Below are positions 1 to 10,533 of a DNA stretch of 64,000 nucleotides, one piece after another. Where the stretch lies: NCBI GenBank assembly GCA_036516115.1, contig DATBUL010000013.1, positions 6,335 to 70,334 of the forward strand, written 5' to 3'. Source of the DNA: Enteractinococcus sp. GTDB lineage: Bacteria; Actinomycetota; Actinomycetes; Actinomycetales; Micrococcaceae. Below the pieces are notes generated by a model, which worked only from the letters and a program-made list of their open reading frames with translations, did no database searches and was not told the origin of the DNA. The position numbers and the translations under genes were made by a program. Each line of letters begins with the position of its first letter. Positions within the stretch are counted from its first letter, which is position 1.

Positions 1-939
1 TGGAGTGTAGACGAACTCGTAGCCGGCTTCTTCGTGTCGACGACGGGAGTAGTCTTCCATTTCCTTGCGGATGATACCACCCTTGGGGTGGAAGACCGGC
101 AGACCCGAGCCCAGTTCATCGGGGAAGGAGAACAGATCCATTTCGGCACCGAGTTTGCGGTGGTCACGGCGTTCCGCTTCAGCGATGCGTTCTTGATAGG
201 CCACCAGATCGTCTTTCGACGCCCACGCGGTACCGTAAATACGCTGGAGCTGCGGGTTGTTTTCGGATCCCAACCAGTAGGCGCCGGCGGCACGAGTCAG
301 AGCGAAACCGTTCGCGATAAGTTTGGTCGACGGGATGTGTGGCCCGCGGCAGAGGTCGTACCAGACGACTTGGCCTTTACGGTCCTGGTTGTCGTAGATG
401 GTAATTTCACCAGCACCGATTTCGACTGCGGCACCTTCGGCTGCGGCTTCCTCATCATGCTGACGATCGAGCAGTTCCAATTTATAAGGCTCGTTGGCGA
501 GTTCTTTTCTTGCCTGAGCTTCATCGACGGCACGACGGTCGAACGTTTGGCCGGCTTTCACGATGCGCATCATACGCTTTTGGATCTCTTTGAGATCGTC
601 GGGGGTGAAGGGTTCATCGACGTCAAAGTCGTAGTAAAAACCGTCTTCAATGAATGGTCCGATGCCGAGTTTGGCGTCGGGGTGCAGTTCCTGGACGGCT
701 TGAGCCAGAACGTGGGCGGTGGAGTGGCGCAGGACTTCAAGGCCTTCTTGATCTGTGATGTCGACGCGCTCAACGGTGGCACCGGCTGGGATGACACGGA
801 AGAGATCCTGAAGGACGCCATCGACCTTCATCACTACCGTAGTTTTTTCTTCTGCGAACAGGTCATTGCCTGTGGTTCCTTCAGCGACCTGCATGGTTTG
901 GTCGTCTACGGTAATGGTCATTTCTTTGGGTTCGGCCAC
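1..939 (-). CDS. thrS: Threonine--tRNA ligase, 5' part (runs off the left edge)
   Basis: Manual translation from GTG at 939 (AAGGAGG RBS upstream): [11 protein letters not shown]...[38 protein letters not shown], the ThrRS N-terminal/editing-domain signature. Not in the ORF track. Confidence 0.96.
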   Translation of the reverse strand, partial: MAEPKEMTITVDDQTMQVAEGTTGNDLFAEEKTTVVMKVDGVLQDLFRVIPAGATVERVDITDQEGLEVLRHSTAHVLAQAVQELHPDAKLGIGPFIEDGFYYDFDVDEPFTPDDLKEIQKRMMRIVKAGQTFDRRAVDEAQARKELANEPYKLELLDRQHDEEAAAEGAAVEIGAGEITIYDNQDRKGQVVWYDLCRGPHIPSTKLIANGFALTRAAGAYWLGSENNPQLQRIYGTAWASKDDLVAYQERIAEAERRDHRKLGAEMDLFSFPDELGSGLPVFHPKGGIIRKEMEDYSRRRHEEAGYEFVYTP

Positions 940-1055
940 GTGCCAATTCCTCCTTGTGTCAGGCTGAAAATTCGGTGGCATACTGGACCACCGATAAGCC
1001 ACCCGTCATTCTATCTGGTTGGCAGCCTGTTTGCAGGGGACTCACGGCGGGGTGC

Positions 1056-1706
1056 TTAGTCGGTCTGAATATCGACGACAAGACGGACCGGATCATCCAG
1101 AATGGTCACCGCATAGGGCCGTTGTTCATCGAGACCAATGAAGTAACTTGAGGTTGCCTCCCAGGGGGCGAACACCACCACACTTTGTGCTTCGGTGGTG
1201 TCGAGATCCGTGATGGGGTCATTGACTTGCATCAGCTGGTCGACATCAACGTCGTCAATGCTTGCGGTACCAGACCAAATGATTTCAAGCGCGGTGTTTT
1301 GGTCGAGGTCCAGGGGTTCACCCGAGCCGGGGGCCACCGGATCATCGGTGTATTGGACGAGCATGCTTGGGGTGCCGGTACCGGCATGTTCGATGACGAT
1401 AGGTTCGAATCCATCATGCGTTGCGGAGCGCATGGCGACCGGATAGATGCCCTGGGTTTGGCCGTATTCTGGCCAGGTTTCGGACTCGTATCGGGCGGTA
1501 CTAAATTCTCCCACCGGCTGGGTGCTGGGTTCTTGCTGAGAGGGGCTGGGCTCATCCTGTGGAGTGGCGCTGACAGTGGGGGCTTGTGATGGTGGAGCAG
1601 CGTTATAGCCTGAATCTTGATCCGAACTACAACCAGTGGTGACCAAACCGATGATAAAAGCGGTGCTGACCATGCGTAATGTCAGAGCGGGACGTTGCGG
1701 TTTCAT
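1056..1706 (-). CDS. Putative lipoprotein (AMIN-like domain)
   Basis: Signal peptide with lipobox VTTGC, a Pro/Ser/Gln linker, and C-terminal 'YFIGLD..PYAVTILDDPVRLVVDI'. Confidence 0.7.
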   Translation of the reverse strand: MKPQRPALTLRMVSTAFIIGLVTTGCSSDQDSGYNAAPPSQAPTVSATPQDEPSPSQQEPSTQPVGEFSTARYESETWPEYGQTQGIYPVAMRSATHDGFEPIVIEHAGTGTPSMLVQYTDDPVAPGSGEPLDLDQNTALEIIWSGTASIDDVDVDQLMQVNDPITDLDTTEAQSVVVFAPWEATSSYFIGLDEQRPYAVTILDDPVRLVVDIQTD

Positions 1707-1722
1707 TTCGGGACCACCTTGT

Positions 1723-4700
1723 TCAAGCCTGTTGAGTTATGTCTTCATGATATCCCAGGACCGGCATGTCTGAGCTGGGGTGGTGATGTTTTCGGAGGTG
1801 ACTTTGATGTCGGACAGGCGGCAGTGCAGCGTTGCGAGTAAACCAGTTTGCCCAGTGATCACGTTCGGTGTCGAAGTAGTCGGGATCAGGTAGCGCCGCA
1901 GGGTTATGCATGTCCCAGGCTCGGATGGCCTGTACGGTGATCCCGCGGGTGCCGGTGCGCCGGGTCGTCCCTTCGATCAATAACAATCGGGAGGAAAATA
2001 ATATGTCACCGGTCGCGTGTTGGGCCTGAGAGAAAAAGGACGTATCAACCACACCGGTGCCGTCGTCTATAGAGATAAACACCACCCGGTTCCCCGAGCG
2101 CATCGGGGGTGTTTGGGTAGCCACTCGCACTCCTGCTACGAGCACCCGAGTGTGGTTTCGAAGGCGTAATAATTGCTCTGCGGTGGTGACCCCTAGAGCA
2201 TTCAAATAGGGCTTGTGGGATTGCATCAGATGCCCGGTGGTATCGATTGCGGTCAGATCTAATTCGGTTCGGATTTTTTGGTCTTCTGTGGGTTCTGGGA
2301 AGAGTGCTGGCAACGTGTCGAGTTCGGTATCTCCCAGGGCGAAGGCTTGTTGGCCTTCGATCTGGGGCGCACCGGTGCGGAAGGTGCGGCCGGTGCGATC
2401 GCTGCGGGTAGGTGAATGTAATAATTCCAGGTGGTGGACGACGTCGGTGCGATTGATGCCGGTTGCCGGGAAGATACTGTCAAGCGCTCCGAGCTGCGCA
2501 AGGTTTTCAAAACTTTTCTTACTCAACCGGGCCCGATCGCGAACATCGGCCAGGCTATCGAAGGGTTGCGCGTGCTCGATTCGGCGTTTTTCTTTGTGCG
2601 TGAGTCCTAATACCGTGTTGAGCGACAGCCGGATCCCCCACGGATGTTCCGAAGTTTGTGACGATGCGGGCAACGGTTCTAAGCGCATCTGGGTGGTGGA
2701 AGCGTTGATATCGACCGGTAGGATTTCGATACCCATGCGGCGGGCCTCTGCCACCATGAGCCGTTGTGGATACATCCCAGGGTCATGTTCAAGAACTGCG
2801 GCCATAAACGCTGCGGGGTAATGGGTTTTGAGCCAAGCGGACTCAAACGTCGGGATGGCAAAGGCCGCACCGTGGGCTTTGCAAAAGCCAAACGACCCGA
2901 ATGCAGCCAAGGTCTCCCAGACTTCGTCGATCACCTCGATATCCCAATTATTTTCCATGGCCTTGGCGCGAAAGTATTTTTCGACGTCGTCTTGGCTATC
3001 GGACCCTAACCGGCGGCGGAATTCGTCGGCGGCGGCCAGCCCACAACCAGTCATCGCATCCAAGGTGCGCAGTAATTGTTCGTGAAAGACTGTCACCCCG
3101 TGGGTTTCTTCCAGAATCGGTTTTAACGCTGGGTGCGGGTAATGCGCTGGTGCCAGTTGATGCCGGTAGTCCAAAAATGGCCGGACCATATCGGATTTCA
3201 TGGGTCCGGGTCGAAACAGTGAAATGTCAATAATTAGGTCGGTAATGGATTCGGGTTCAAGTTTGCCGATCAGTTCCCGCTGTCCGGGGGATTCGATTTG
3301 AAAACATCCCAGTGTATGGGTGGTTTTGATCATCGCGAAGGTCTCGGGATCATCATGCGGGATGTCTTCAAGATTGATGGTTTCTCCGGTGGTGCGAGCA
3401 ATTTCTTCGAGCGCATAAGCAATCGTGGATTGCATACGCACTCCGAGCACATCAAGTTTCAGCATGCCCATGGGATCCATATCGTGTTTATCAAACTGAC
3501 TCATGGCCAGTCCCATTCCGGAAGCCTCAACGGGGGTTCGGTCTAAGAGGGTTTTATCGCCGAGGATGACCCCACAGGGATGCATGGAAATATGGCGTGG
3601 TAATCGATCGAGCCGTTCCGTGAGATCCACCAGAAGGTCCAGTTGTTGGTTGCCAGATTTGCGACTGTTGTGCAATTGGGTGGCAAAGTTTTGCAATTCG
3701 GGCATGTGTTCAAGGGCCTGACGAAAATCTGCGGCCGAGAATCGCCACAATTTTTTCGCCAGCTGATCGACGTGGTCGCGCTCTAATCCAAGTGCTCTGC
3801 CAGCGTCACGCACCGCACCGCGGACGCGATAACCGTTTTGCATGCTCATCAGCGTGGTACGTTCGGCGCCAAAGCGATCGAATATTGCATGATAGATTTC
3901 GTGACGACGAGCGGATTCCACATCGATATCAATATCTGGCAGGGTGGAACGATCCTGGGAGAGGAACCGTTCAAAAATCAGATTGTGTTCGATGGGATTG
4001 ACGTGTGAAATCCGCAGGGCATAATTCACCAACGACGACGCCCCAGAGCCCCTGGCTGAAACCCGGACGTTGCGGTCTTCAATCATCTCGACAACTTCAG
4101 CCACGGTGAGGAAGTAGCTGGAAAACCCCAGATTCTGGATGATGTTGAGTTCGTGATCTAACCGCTGCAACACGCGATTATAATGCGCTGAAGCGGGATC
4201 CAGGTTCCCAAAACGCTGCTCCACACCCGCTCGGGCACGTTGCGCAAGGACCGTCGCGGGATCGCCGTTGATGCCGATAACGTCAAATTCCGGAACACGA
4301 GGTTGCCCCCAACCAATATCCTGGGCTGGGTCCAGAGCGCAGCGTTCGGCAAGCTGCTGGGTGTGTGCCAAGAGTTGTTGTGCTGCCGCCACTCCCAGCC
4401 CTGCTTCGTGCGTGATTTCGCGTGCCAGCGCGTGCATCGTGCTAGACGATTTCAGCCACCCTTGTCCGTTGGGTTGGAGATCCGTGAGATTATCAAGACT
4501 CGACAGCGCTCGAGCGGCGTCCACGACGTCGGCGGTAGCAGCTCCATCCGGTGTGGCATACCGCACCGCATTGGTTAAGACTGCTGAAAGCCGCACATCA
4601 TGGCTGGCACGCAACATGCGCACGGCCTGCGCCGTGGATAACCGTTCGGTGGGCAACGCTAAATGCGAGACGATTTCCACGTGTGCGCTGTCTTGTGGCA

Positions 4701-5232
4701 AAACGTGTTTCCAGAGCTTTAGTCGGCTCCGGCCTGCTACATATTTTCGTTTGCGCATCAACAGGCCCACGTCTGATTCTGGTCCTATTAACACATGTAG
4801 TCCCTGGCCTGTGGCCTCCGCGAGCTGAGAAATCAAGACATAGGGTTGTTGTTCTCGAGTCAGCTGCGTGTGCGCGCACGAAATAAGACGCACTAAAGCC
4901 TGGTAACCGGCCCCCAAATTCTGGGCGGTTCCAAAGCCGACATGAGCAGCACTGGCCGCAAGAATCGTGACTCGCCCCGCGGACAGTTCTTGCCCGTCGA
5001 CGGTATATTTCGGATCCCATTTCACCGCAAGATTTACTCCGATCACCGGGGCAATATTGTGGGCCCTGCAGGCCTTGAGATGTTTGGCCATCCCATAGAG
5101 CCCATCACGATCCGTGCACGCCAGGATCTGGGCGCCATCGGCCGCCGCGACCTCGACGAGTTCTTCGGGCCAGGAGACTCCGAAGTGCGCCGAGTACGCG
5201 GTGGTGACATTGAGATGAGCAAAAGGCGCCAT
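1723..5232 (-). CDS. dnaE2: Error-prone DNA polymerase III alpha-type (DnaE2)
   Basis: PHP-domain start (AHLNVTTAYS, TDRDGLYG), RGSGASS, catalytic PDIDID, FGFCKAHGAAFA and an OB fold with QTPP. Start moved to ATG 5232, 2 bp behind DUF6504. Confidence 0.92.
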   Translation of the reverse strand: MAPFAHLNVTTAYSAHFGVSWPEELVEVAAADGAQILACTDRDGLYGMAKHLKACRAHNIAPVIGVNLAVKWDPKYTVDGQELSAGRVTILAASAAHVGFGTAQNLGAGYQALVRLISCAHTQLTREQQPYVLISQLAEATGQGLHVLIGPESDVGLLMRKRKYVAGRSRLKLWKHVLPQDSAHVEIVSHLALPTERLSTAQAVRMLRASHDVRLSAVLTNAVRYATPDGAATADVVDAARALSSLDNLTDLQPNGQGWLKSSSTMHALAREITHEAGLGVAAAQQLLAHTQQLAERCALDPAQDIGWGQPRVPEFDVIGINGDPATVLAQRARAGVEQRFGNLDPASAHYNRVLQRLDHELNIIQNLGFSSYFLTVAEVVEMIEDRNVRVSARGSGASSLVNYALRISHVNPIEHNLIFERFLSQDRSTLPDIDIDVESARRHEIYHAIFDRFGAERTTLMSMQNGYRVRGAVRDAGRALGLERDHVDQLAKKLWRFSAADFRQALEHMPELQNFATQLHNSRKSGNQQLDLLVDLTERLDRLPRHISMHPCGVILGDKTLLDRTPVEASGMGLAMSQFDKHDMDPMGMLKLDVLGVRMQSTIAYALEEIARTTGETINLEDIPHDDPETFAMIKTTHTLGCFQIESPGQRELIGKLEPESITDLIIDISLFRPGPMKSDMVRPFLDYRHQLAPAHYPHPALKPILEETHGVTVFHEQLLRTLDAMTGCGLAAADEFRRRLGSDSQDDVEKYFRAKAMENNWDIEVIDEVWETLAAFGSFGFCKAHGAAFAIPTFESAWLKTHYPAAFMAAVLEHDPGMYPQRLMVAEARRMGIEILPVDINASTTQMRLEPLPASSQTSEHPWGIRLSLNTVLGLTHKEKRRIEHAQPFDSLADVRDRARLSKKSFENLAQLGALDSIFPATGINRTDVVHHLELLHSPTRSDRTGRTFRTGAPQIEGQQAFALGDTELDTLPALFPEPTEDQKIRTELDLTAIDTTGHLMQSHKPYLNALGVTTAEQLLRLRNHTRVLVAGVRVATQTPPMRSGNRVVFISIDDGTGVVDTSFFSQAQHATGDILFSSRLLLIEGTTRRTGTRGITVQAIRAWDMHNPAALPDPDYFDTERDHWANWFTRNAALPPVRHQSHLRKHHHPSSDMPVLGYHEDITQQA

Positions 5233-5234
5233 GT

Positions 5235-5558
5235 CTAGGCGGCTTCCTCCAACCGCAACGCATCGTGTACTTGTACGAGGCGCCAGCGACCAGATTCGAT
5301 GTGGTGGGAAATATCTAAGGTCAAGACGGGAGCATTCGCGGCCCGGGTGAGACTGACTTGGACTCGCCAGACCTGATAGTCCACCAACCCGGGGCCTTGC
5401 CCAAGGGCTGCCCGGTATTCTTCGGCCCACCAGCGACGGCGAACATACCAGCGTTGCGGTTGAGCCTTGACGGTATACGACCGGCCCCCGTAATTCAGGT
5501 GTAACGGAATACCTGCGGTCGTGCAGGTCACGCGGATGGATTGTGTGAGTGTACCCAT
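5235..5558 (-). CDS. DUF6504-like protein
   Basis: RW..RRRWW, VWRVQ and WRLVQVHD motifs; typical neighbour of actinobacterial dnaE2. Confidence 0.75.
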   Translation of the reverse strand: MGTLTQSIRVTCTTAGIPLHLNYGGRSYTVKAQPQRWYVRRRWWAEEYRAALGQGPGLVDYQVWRVQVSLTRAANAPVLTLDISHHIESGRWRLVQVHDALRLEEAA

Positions 5559-5590
5559 GAAATTCCCCTTCTGATCAGTGGCCTCAGAGC

Positions 5591-5633
5591 CTAACGGTGG
5601 TTCGCGCTCTCAGCATAAAAATCTGGGCGGACA
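5591..5633 (-). promoter_or_regulatory. Candidate DNA-damage promoter: PafBC-type motif plus downstream LexA-like box
   Basis: Minus strand TGTCCG-N10-TATGCT (5633-5612), then CGAAC-CACC-GTTAG (5604-5591), upstream of DUF6504-dnaE2. Confidence 0.6.
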
Positions 5634-5682
5634 CGATAAGCGACTCTGTTGCCAATGCGCCGCAACATTCATAATGGGGAAG

Positions 5683-7740
5683 ATGACCAACACCGCTTTT
5701 GATGCCGTATTGACCAAGCTGCTGGATTCGCCCCGGATCACTGCAATATCCACGAAATCGGGCCGAATCCTCACGACCGTGCAGCAATTAAAACAAGACG
5801 GCACCGGCTATGTCAGTCAACTATGGGATGTGACCGACACACCAGTGCAGCTGACATACGCCGATGATTCCGTCACGGCTGTTGAACAAGCTGACGACGG
5901 CCAGGTCTACTTTTTATCTTCGCGGCCCTCAGTGGCCAAAGACCCCGATGCTCCCGCCGAGGCCGGAGCAAAACTGTGGGTATTACCACCCGTGGGCGAG
6001 CCTCGAATCGTGGCGCAACGCACCTGGGGTTTTTCCGGCCTGAAAGTTGCGGCAAATAAGCTGGTGGTCACAATGCAGTGGCACAGTGCCGCGACCACTC
6101 ATGACCAACACGAGGAATTGGCCACCACGCGCGACAACGCCAAGGTCACCGGCGTCGTCCATTCGAAGTTTCCGACCCGATACTGGGATCAAGACTTACC
6201 GGCTGGGCGTACGGTCTTTGGTATCGCACCAATCCCGGAACCTGGGCAGCAAGTCGAGTTTATTCGCGTGAATCTGCCACCCGGACGCCTGGTGAACTGG
6301 CATCTGGATACAGCGGGAAGCTTTGCACTGGTCACCATGTCCCAGCATCGCGGCAACACCCCCGATGAGGTAGAAACCCAGGTGATCTATCGGGTGGATT
6401 TCATCACCGGACAGACCGTCGAGCTGTTGGTTTCCACCCCGCAGCACGAATACAGTGCCGGGGCCATCAGCCCGGATGGTACGCGCGCCGTCGTCAGCAT
6501 CAGCACCCCGTGGCGAGAGGGCACCAATCTGGCGGTTACCGCTGGCCTGCTGGAGCTGCCCTCGGGGCTGGTGCGACCATTGTGGCCACACCTGGATCGC
6601 TGGGTTTCTCCTGCCTGGTTGACCAACGCGCATTTGGTGACCGCGTGTGATGACGAGGGCGCCGGCGCGATCTATGTGGGCCACAGCGAGGAACAGCTGC
6701 CGACCCGTCTGACCGCCCCGGTGGATACCTGGCAGTCCCACGACGACTTGGATGCCGCCCGGGCCTATGACGCCGTGACCACGGATGCCCAAGTCAATAC
6801 CGCCGACGAAGCAACCGTCTATGCCATCGCTTCGGGTATTACCGCCAGCCCACAGTTGGTCCGGTTTTCGTTCAGCCCGGCAGCACCCGTCGTGACCGAT
6901 CCGGTGGTCGTCGACACCGCCGCGCCAGCCCTCGACTCCCCCGGCCGACTCGAGACACTGAGCACCACTGCCCCCGACGGCACGAGGGTGCGCTCCTGGT
7001 TGCGCCTACCCGAGGGTGAAGGCCCCTTCCCGATGTTGGTGATGGTGCATGGTGGACCCTGGGGATCGTGGAATGCCTGGACCTACCGTTGGAACCCTGA
7101 TCCATTCGTGGCAGCCGGTTACGCGGTATTACTGCCCGACCCGGCGGTATCCACCGGCTACGGCCAGCACATGATCGACCGCGGTAATCAACAGCTCGGT
7201 GGCACCCCATTTTCCGATCTGCTGGCGCTGATTGATGCAGCCGAAGCGCGCCAGGATATTGACGATACGAAAACCGCCATGTCCGGTGGTTCCTACGGTG
7301 GGTATCTGGCCAATTGGGTTGCCGGGCACACCGGCGATCGATTCCGGTGCATTATTAGCCACGCGTCACTGTGGGATACCACCGCGATGGGTCAGACCAC
7401 CGATAATGCCGTCTGGGACCGGGCTATGGCCCCGCAGTCCCAGTACTCACCCCACCTACACGCCGGCGACATTGCCGTCCCTATGCTGGTGATTCACGGG
7501 GATAAGGACTATCGAGTCCCCATCGGCCAGGCTCAGCAGCTCTGGCATGCTCTGCATACGGTGACCCCGCCCATTACCGACGATGACGGCCACACCGCGC
7601 ACCGCTACCTCTACTTCCCAGATGAAGGCCACTGGATTCTGTCCCGGGGCAATGCTGAAGCTTGGTACCGGGTGTTTTATAACTTCTTGGATGTCCACGT
7701 ACATGGTGCTTCCGAGCAGCTACCGCCACAACTCGGCTAG
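5683..7740 (+). CDS. S9 prolyl oligopeptidase / acylaminoacyl peptidase family
   Basis: HGGPW, GGSYGG nucleophile, HGDKDYRVP and FPDEGH catalytic-triad motifs. Confidence 0.9.
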   Translation: MTNTAFDAVLTKLLDSPRITAISTKSGRILTTVQQLKQDGTGYVSQLWDVTDTPVQLTYADDSVTAVEQADDGQVYFLSSRPSVAKDPDAPAEAGAKLWVLPPVGEPRIVAQRTWGFSGLKVAANKLVVTMQWHSAATTHDQHEELATTRDNAKVTGVVHSKFPTRYWDQDLPAGRTVFGIAPIPEPGQQVEFIRVNLPPGRLVNWHLDTAGSFALVTMSQHRGNTPDEVETQVIYRVDFITGQTVELLVSTPQHEYSAGAISPDGTRAVVSISTPWREGTNLAVTAGLLELPSGLVRPLWPHLDRWVSPAWLTNAHLVTACDDEGAGAIYVGHSEEQLPTRLTAPVDTWQSHDDLDAARAYDAVTTDAQVNTADEATVYAIASGITASPQLVRFSFSPAAPVVTDPVVVDTAAPALDSPGRLETLSTTAPDGTRVRSWLRLPEGEGPFPMLVMVHGGPWGSWNAWTYRWNPDPFVAAGYAVLLPDPAVSTGYGQHMIDRGNQQLGGTPFSDLLALIDAAEARQDIDDTKTAMSGGSYGGYLANWVAGHTGDRFRCIISHASLWDTTAMGQTTDNAVWDRAMAPQSQYSPHLHAGDIAVPMLVIHGDKDYRVPIGQAQQLWHALHTVTPPITDDDGHTAHRYLYFPDEGHWILSRGNAEAWYRVFYNFLDVHVHGASEQLPPQLG

Positions 7741-7753
7741 ACCCGCAACGTGA

Positions 7754-8548
7754 CTAGACCAGGGTGTCCTGGCCACCGGTTGGATCAAACGGTTCGATGA
7801 GTTCTGGACCGTTGTTGCGCACCGACCCAACCGCCGGATCCACCGGATACATCTCCCACTGGCTGGCTACATCATAAGCCTGGCTGACCACGGCATCGAC
7901 CAGCTGCGATGCTTCCTCCTTGGAAACCTCTCCTGAGCCCAGCCACTGATCCATCATGTTCCGACTCATTGGTAACGGCAGCCGGTCGTGCAGGGCTGAC
8001 AGGTCCTGGAGGATCTCGGGTTGGTCACCGTCTGGTTGTGGGGAAGCACCGGTCAGGATCGTCGTCGAGAGCACCCACGGGGCGTCCTCCTCGGCGGCCG
8101 GATCTTTCCACCATTCATAGAGACCGGCAAAAAAGATGGGTGAGCCGTCTTTAGGCCGGACAAAATATGGTTGTTTGCGCTCGCCCTTAGTTTCCGGGGC
8201 CAACCATTCGTAGTAACCATCTACGGGAACCGCAGCTCGGCGTGTTTTGACGGCCGAACGGAACGACGGTTTCTCAATAACGGACTCGGAGCGGGCATTA
8301 AAAGTGCGCTGACCAAAAGACAAATCTTTGGCCCACACCGGGACCAGGCCCCAGCGCGCCATATACAGGTTTCGTTGCCACGGAGTGGTGGGATCTTTGG
8401 GATCTTGATAATGTTCCACGACCACGGGCACATCTTTGGTGGGTGCCACGTTATAGTCGGGATGTAGCTCTTCAAAATGCACTGCATCGGCACCCGTGGC
8501 TGCCATGAGATCACCGATTGCTCGGGCCATTACATATCGTCCGCACAT
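7754..8548 (-). CDS. SOS response-associated peptidase (SRAP/HMCES family)
   Basis: N-terminal MCGRY (start moved to 8548), YNVAPT, RWGLVP, FNARSE, GYYEW, HDRLP. Confidence 0.93.
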   Translation of the reverse strand: MCGRYVMARAIGDLMAATGADAVHFEELHPDYNVAPTKDVPVVVEHYQDPKDPTTPWQRNLYMARWGLVPVWAKDLSFGQRTFNARSESVIEKPSFRSAVKTRRAAVPVDGYYEWLAPETKGERKQPYFVRPKDGSPIFFAGLYEWWKDPAAEEDAPWVLSTTILTGASPQPDGDQPEILQDLSALHDRLPLPMSRNMMDQWLGSGEVSKEEASQLVDAVVSQAYDVASQWEMYPVDPAVGSVRNNGPELIEPFDPTGGQDTLV

Positions 8549-8727
8549 AGTTCCAGTATGCCAGGTGTCAGAGATGAAAACGATGGGGCTGTCCAGCATC
8601 AACGCACGGGCGAATCTTATATATCAGCGTGTTGTCAACCATGGTCATTCCGGGACGGATATGGTCAGATAGTGTGTGACCCGCCCATGATAACTCGTGG
8701 GCGAAACTGTGATTTCAAGGAGAGATA

Positions 8728-9822
8728 ATGGCGTATAAGGTTCAGGCCGCCGTTGTGCGGGCCAAAGATGCACCAGTGACCATCGAAACAATCATCGTGC
8801 CAAAACCCGGTCCCGGTGAAGTGGTTGTTGATGTATCGACCTGCGGTGTCTGCCACACCGACTACCTGTATGTCGAAGGCGGGGTCGGGGATAACTACCC
8901 GTATCTGCTGGGTCACGAATCCACCGCGGTCGTCGCTGAAATCGGTGAAGGTGTCACCAACGTTGCCGTGGGTGACAAAGTCATTTTGAACTGGCGTGCC
9001 GTGTGTGGCGAATGCCGGGCCTGTAAGAAAGGCCAGCTGCAATACTGCTTTGCCACCCATAACGCGAAACAAAAAATGACCCTTGAAGATGGCACCGAAC
9101 TGGAAGCAGCCTTGGGCATTGGCTCCTTTGCTGAAAAGACCCTGGTCGCCGCCGGGCAATGCACCAAGATTGAAGCCGATCTGGAAGAGCACCAGGATGC
9201 CGCCGTTGGGCTCCTGGGCTGTGGTGTCATGGCCGGTATTGGTGCAGCCATTAACACCGGTGAACTCCAGCGTGGTGAATCCATGGCCGTCATCGGCTGT
9301 GGTGGCGTCGGGATGGCCGCCATTCAGGGCGCCAAACTGGCAGGAGCAACCAAGATCATCGCCGTCGATATTGACGATGCCAAGCTGGAACAGGCAAAAA
9401 CCCTGGGCGCGACCCACACCGTGAACTCCAAACAGGTCGATGCGGTCGAGACCATTCGCGAATTAACCGACGGCTTCGGTGCAGACCTGGTGGTAGAAGC
9501 CGTGGGCCACCCAGAAACCTATAAGCAGGCATTCTACGCGCGCGACCTTGCTGGCCGCGTGGTGCTGGTTGGTGTACCCCACCCTGATATGAAACTGGAA
9601 CTACCTTTCCAAGATGTCTTCAGTCGCGGTGGTTCACTGAAGTCCTCATGGTACGGCGATACCCTGCCATCGCGGGACTTCCCCATGCTGGTTGAACAAT
9701 ACCTGCTGGGCCGGTTGGATCTGGATGCGTTTGTCACCGAGCGCATCTCAATCAATGACATTAATGAAGCTTTCGACAAGATGAACGCCGGCAAAGTCCT
9801 GCGCTCAGTAGTGGAGTTGTAA
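8728..9822 (+). CDS. mscR: S-(hydroxymethyl)mycothiol dehydrogenase / S-nitrosomycothiol reductase
   Basis: Zn-ADH with [31 protein letters not shown] and C-terminal VLRSVVEL. Confidence 0.9.
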   Translation: MAYKVQAAVVRAKDAPVTIETIIVPKPGPGEVVVDVSTCGVCHTDYLYVEGGVGDNYPYLLGHESTAVVAEIGEGVTNVAVGDKVILNWRAVCGECRACKKGQLQYCFATHNAKQKMTLEDGTELEAALGIGSFAEKTLVAAGQCTKIEADLEEHQDAAVGLLGCGVMAGIGAAINTGELQRGESMAVIGCGGVGMAAIQGAKLAGATKIIAVDIDDAKLEQAKTLGATHTVNSKQVDAVETIRELTDGFGADLVVEAVGHPETYKQAFYARDLAGRVVLVGVPHPDMKLELPFQDVFSRGGSLKSSWYGDTLPSRDFPMLVEQYLLGRLDLDAFVTERISINDINEAFDKMNAGKVLRSVVEL

Positions 9823-9827
9823 TATTC

Positions 9828-10460
9828 ATGGCCAAGATTGAAAACATTGTCACCTCGGGCACCTTCTCGCTGGATGGGGGCACCTGGGATGTAGACAACA
9901 ACGTCTACCTCGTGGGTGATGACACCTCGGTCATCGTGATTGATCCGGCTCACGAAGTCGATAAAGTTCGTGACGCCATCGGTGGTCGGACTGTCTCAGC
10001 TATTTTGCTGACTCACGGCCACGACGACCACATTTCCGAAGTCATCAAACTTCGCGAGATGGTGGATGCGCCGGTTTTGATTCATAAAGATGACCAGATG
10101 CTGTGGGATGCCACCCACCCAGACCAACAGCCAGATGGTTATATCAACGACGGCGATGAATTCACCATTGCTGGTGTCACTCTGACTGCGATCCACACCC
10201 CGGGCCACTCCCCCGGTTGTGTCGTCTTCCACGCACCAGAACTCGAAGGTGGCGTCCTCTTCTCCGGCGACACCCTGTTCAACGGTGGTCCTGGAGCAAC
10301 CGGACGGTCCTACTCGGATTTCGACACCATCATCGAATCCATCAAAAATAAGATCTTCACCCTACCGGACCACACCAAGGTGTTGACCGGTCACGGTGAC
10401 TCCACGGTGATTGGTGAAGAAAAACCACACCTGGATGAATGGATTGCCCGCGGTTACTAA
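9828..10460 (+). CDS. MBL-fold hydrolase co-transcribed with mscR (probable S-formylmycothiol hydrolase)
   Basis: VTSGTFSLDGGTWDVDNNV start, THGHDDH, HTPGH, HLDEWIARGY; 5 bp after mscR. Confidence 0.85.
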   Translation: MAKIENIVTSGTFSLDGGTWDVDNNVYLVGDDTSVIVIDPAHEVDKVRDAIGGRTVSAILLTHGHDDHISEVIKLREMVDAPVLIHKDDQMLWDATHPDQQPDGYINDGDEFTIAGVTLTAIHTPGHSPGCVVFHAPELEGGVLFSGDTLFNGGPGATGRSYSDFDTIIESIKNKIFTLPDHTKVLTGHGDSTVIGEEKPHLDEWIARGY

Positions 10461-10474
10461 ATCGTGCTAGCACC

Positions 10475-10523
10475 ATTCGGGGGCTCCACAATCACAACAG
10501 ATTGTGAAGCCCCCGAATTTTTT
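10475..10523 (+). terminator. Intrinsic terminator after the mscR operon
   Basis: ATTCGGGGGCTCCACAATC / GATTGTGAAGCCCCCGAAT stem followed by a T-run, between convergent genes. Confidence 0.8.
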
Positions 10524-10533
10524 AATGCAGAGC

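Noticed and set aside
940-1055. T-box leader for thrS
   Set aside because: The region is only about 115 bp and has no T-box consensus.
34-1059. 341-aa + strand ORF
   Set aside because: It is the antisense shadow of thrS.
5233-5430. N-terminal extension of dnaE2 in the ORF track
   Set aside because: It overlaps DUF6504; the polymerase PHP domain begins at ATG 5232.
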